DNA of 38,548 nt from a virus (taxonomy: Duplodnaviria; Heunggongvirae; Uroviricota; Caudoviricetes), in IMG/VR virus record IMGVR_UViG_2718217885_000011; one strand, written 5' to 3'. The notes under the pieces are model-generated. The model saw only the letters and a list, made by a program, of their open reading frames with translations. It was not told the DNA's origin and searched no databases. Positions 37,496 to 38,548 of this stretch are shown piece by piece (within the stretch, counting starts at the first letter, position 1; every line of letters starts with the position of its first letter). Both the position numbers and the translations under genes were made by a program.

Positions 37496-38548
37496 ATGGC
37501 AGTACGAAAACTCACCACAGGAAAATGGCTTTGCGAATGTTACCCCGCCGGACGTAGTGGGCGTCGGGTGCGTAAACAATTCGCCACCAAAGGCGAAGCT
37601 CTGGCTTTTGAGCGCCACACGATGGAAGAAACCGAAGCAAAGCCCTGGCTGGGTGAATCAGTGGATCGTCGAACACTGAAAGACGTGGTTGAGCTATGGT
37701 TCAAACTACATGGTAAATCTCTGACAGCTGGGCAGCATGTCTATGACAAATTGCTGTTGATGGTTGACGCTCTGGGTAATCCTCTTGCAACCGATCTCAC
37801 CTCTAAAATGTTTGCCCACTATCGAGATAAACGCCTGACAGGCGAGATCTACTTCAGCGAGAAATGGAAGAAAGGAGCAAGCCCGGTCACCATTAACCTG
37901 GAGCAAAGCTATCTAAGTAGTGTTTTTAGCGAACTATCCCGTCTGGGCGAATGGTCGTATCCGAACCCACTGGAGAACATGCGAAAATTCACCATCGCAG
38001 AAAAAGAGATGGCATGGCTTACCCATGAGCAGATTGTTGAATTGCTGGCTGATTGCAAACGTCAGGACCCAATTCTGGCACTGGTAGTTAAGATATGCTT
38101 AAGCACAGGCGCACGCTGGCGTGAAGCCGTAAATCTTACCCGCTCACAGGTGACCAAATACCGAATTACCTTTGTCAGAACGAAGGGGAAGAAAAACAGA
38201 AGCATCCCTATCAGTAAAGAGCTTTACGAAGAGATCATGGCGCTTGATGGGTTCAATTTCTTTACAGACTGCTATTTTCAATTTTTATCCGTGATGGAAA
38301 AAACGTCTATCGTGCTCCCTCGCGGTCAACTCACACACGTTCTGCGCCATACGTTTGCGGCGCACTTCATGATGTCGGGTGGAAACATTCTCGCCTTACA
38401 AAAAATTCTCGGACACCACGATATAAAAATGACTATGCGTTACGCACATCTGGCACCAGATCATCTGGAAACGGCGCTCCGTTTCAATCCTCTGGCAACG
38501 CTGCCAAGTGGCGACAAAGTGGCGGCAGCGGTTGGCATTACCCCGTAA
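37496..38548 (+). CDS. int: tyrosine integrase (P2/186 family)
   Basis: 350-aa ORF; N-terminus like 186/P2 Int; C-terminal HxxR...Y catalytic region (LRHTFAAHFMMSGGNILALQKILGHHDIKMTMRYAH). Confidence 0.9.
   Translation: MAVRKLTTGKWLCECYPAGRSGRRVRKQFATKGEALAFERHTMEETEAKPWLGESVDRRTLKDVVELWFKLHGKSLTAGQHVYDKLLLMVDALGNPLATDLTSKMFAHYRDKRLTGEIYFSEKWKKGASPVTINLEQSYLSSVFSELSRLGEWSYPNPLENMRKFTIAEKEMAWLTHEQIVELLADCKRQDPILALVVKICLSTGARWREAVNLTRSQVTKYRITFVRTKGKKNRSIPISKELYEEIMALDGFNFFTDCYFQFLSVMEKTSIVLPRGQLTHVLRHTFAAHFMMSGGNILALQKILGHHDIKMTMRYAHLAPDHLETALRFNPLATLPSGDKVAAAVGITP

Larger units (their letters stand above)
2777..38548. mobile_element. P2/186-family prophage (apparently complete; ogr-proximal junction near 2777-2855, int at window end)
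   Basis: contiguous P2-like gene order ogr,D,U,T,E,FII,FI,(invertase),tfa,H,I,J,W,V,S,R,lysCBA,K,Y,X,L,M,N,O | P,Q | cos | A, cII, apl, cI, int. Confidence 0.9.

Noticed and set aside
1-38548. CRISPR arrays, rRNA or tRNA genes
   Set aside because: No regularly spaced direct repeats and no tRNA-like or rRNA-like sequence noticed on reading the window; not searched computationally.

Overview
The first ~2.7 kb is enterobacterial chromosome (grxA, ybjM, ybjL, recognisably E. coli-type). From ~2.8 kb to the window end is an apparently complete P2/186-family temperate prophage (~35.7 kb) running ogr-D-U-T-E-FII-FI ... Q | cos | early region | cII-apl <> cI ... int. The late structural and lysis genes are intact and syntenic with P2. 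The accessory content is the interesting part: (1) an AT-rich, tightly coupled three-gene operon (25010..27912) of unrecognisable proteins between the portal gene Q and the probable cos site, the cos-flanking cargo locus where P2 carries tin/old; this is the best candidate for an undescribed anti-phage/exclusion system. (2) An OLD-family ATPase-TOPRIM nuclease inserted between a 186-type CI repressor and the integrase. (3) A CI repressor with a tandemly duplicated N-terminal HTH domain. (4) A Pin/Gin-type invertase with an invertible tail-fibre segment at the position of P2 Z/fun, where the active tail-fibre gene shows a frame break. (5) A LexA box in front of a small ORF plus DinI-like gene. 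(6) A phage Dam methyltransferase and a TraR-like zinc finger in the early operon. All calls are from reading the ORF translations and sequence by eye; no database search was run. Coordinates of short motifs may be off by 1-2 nt.
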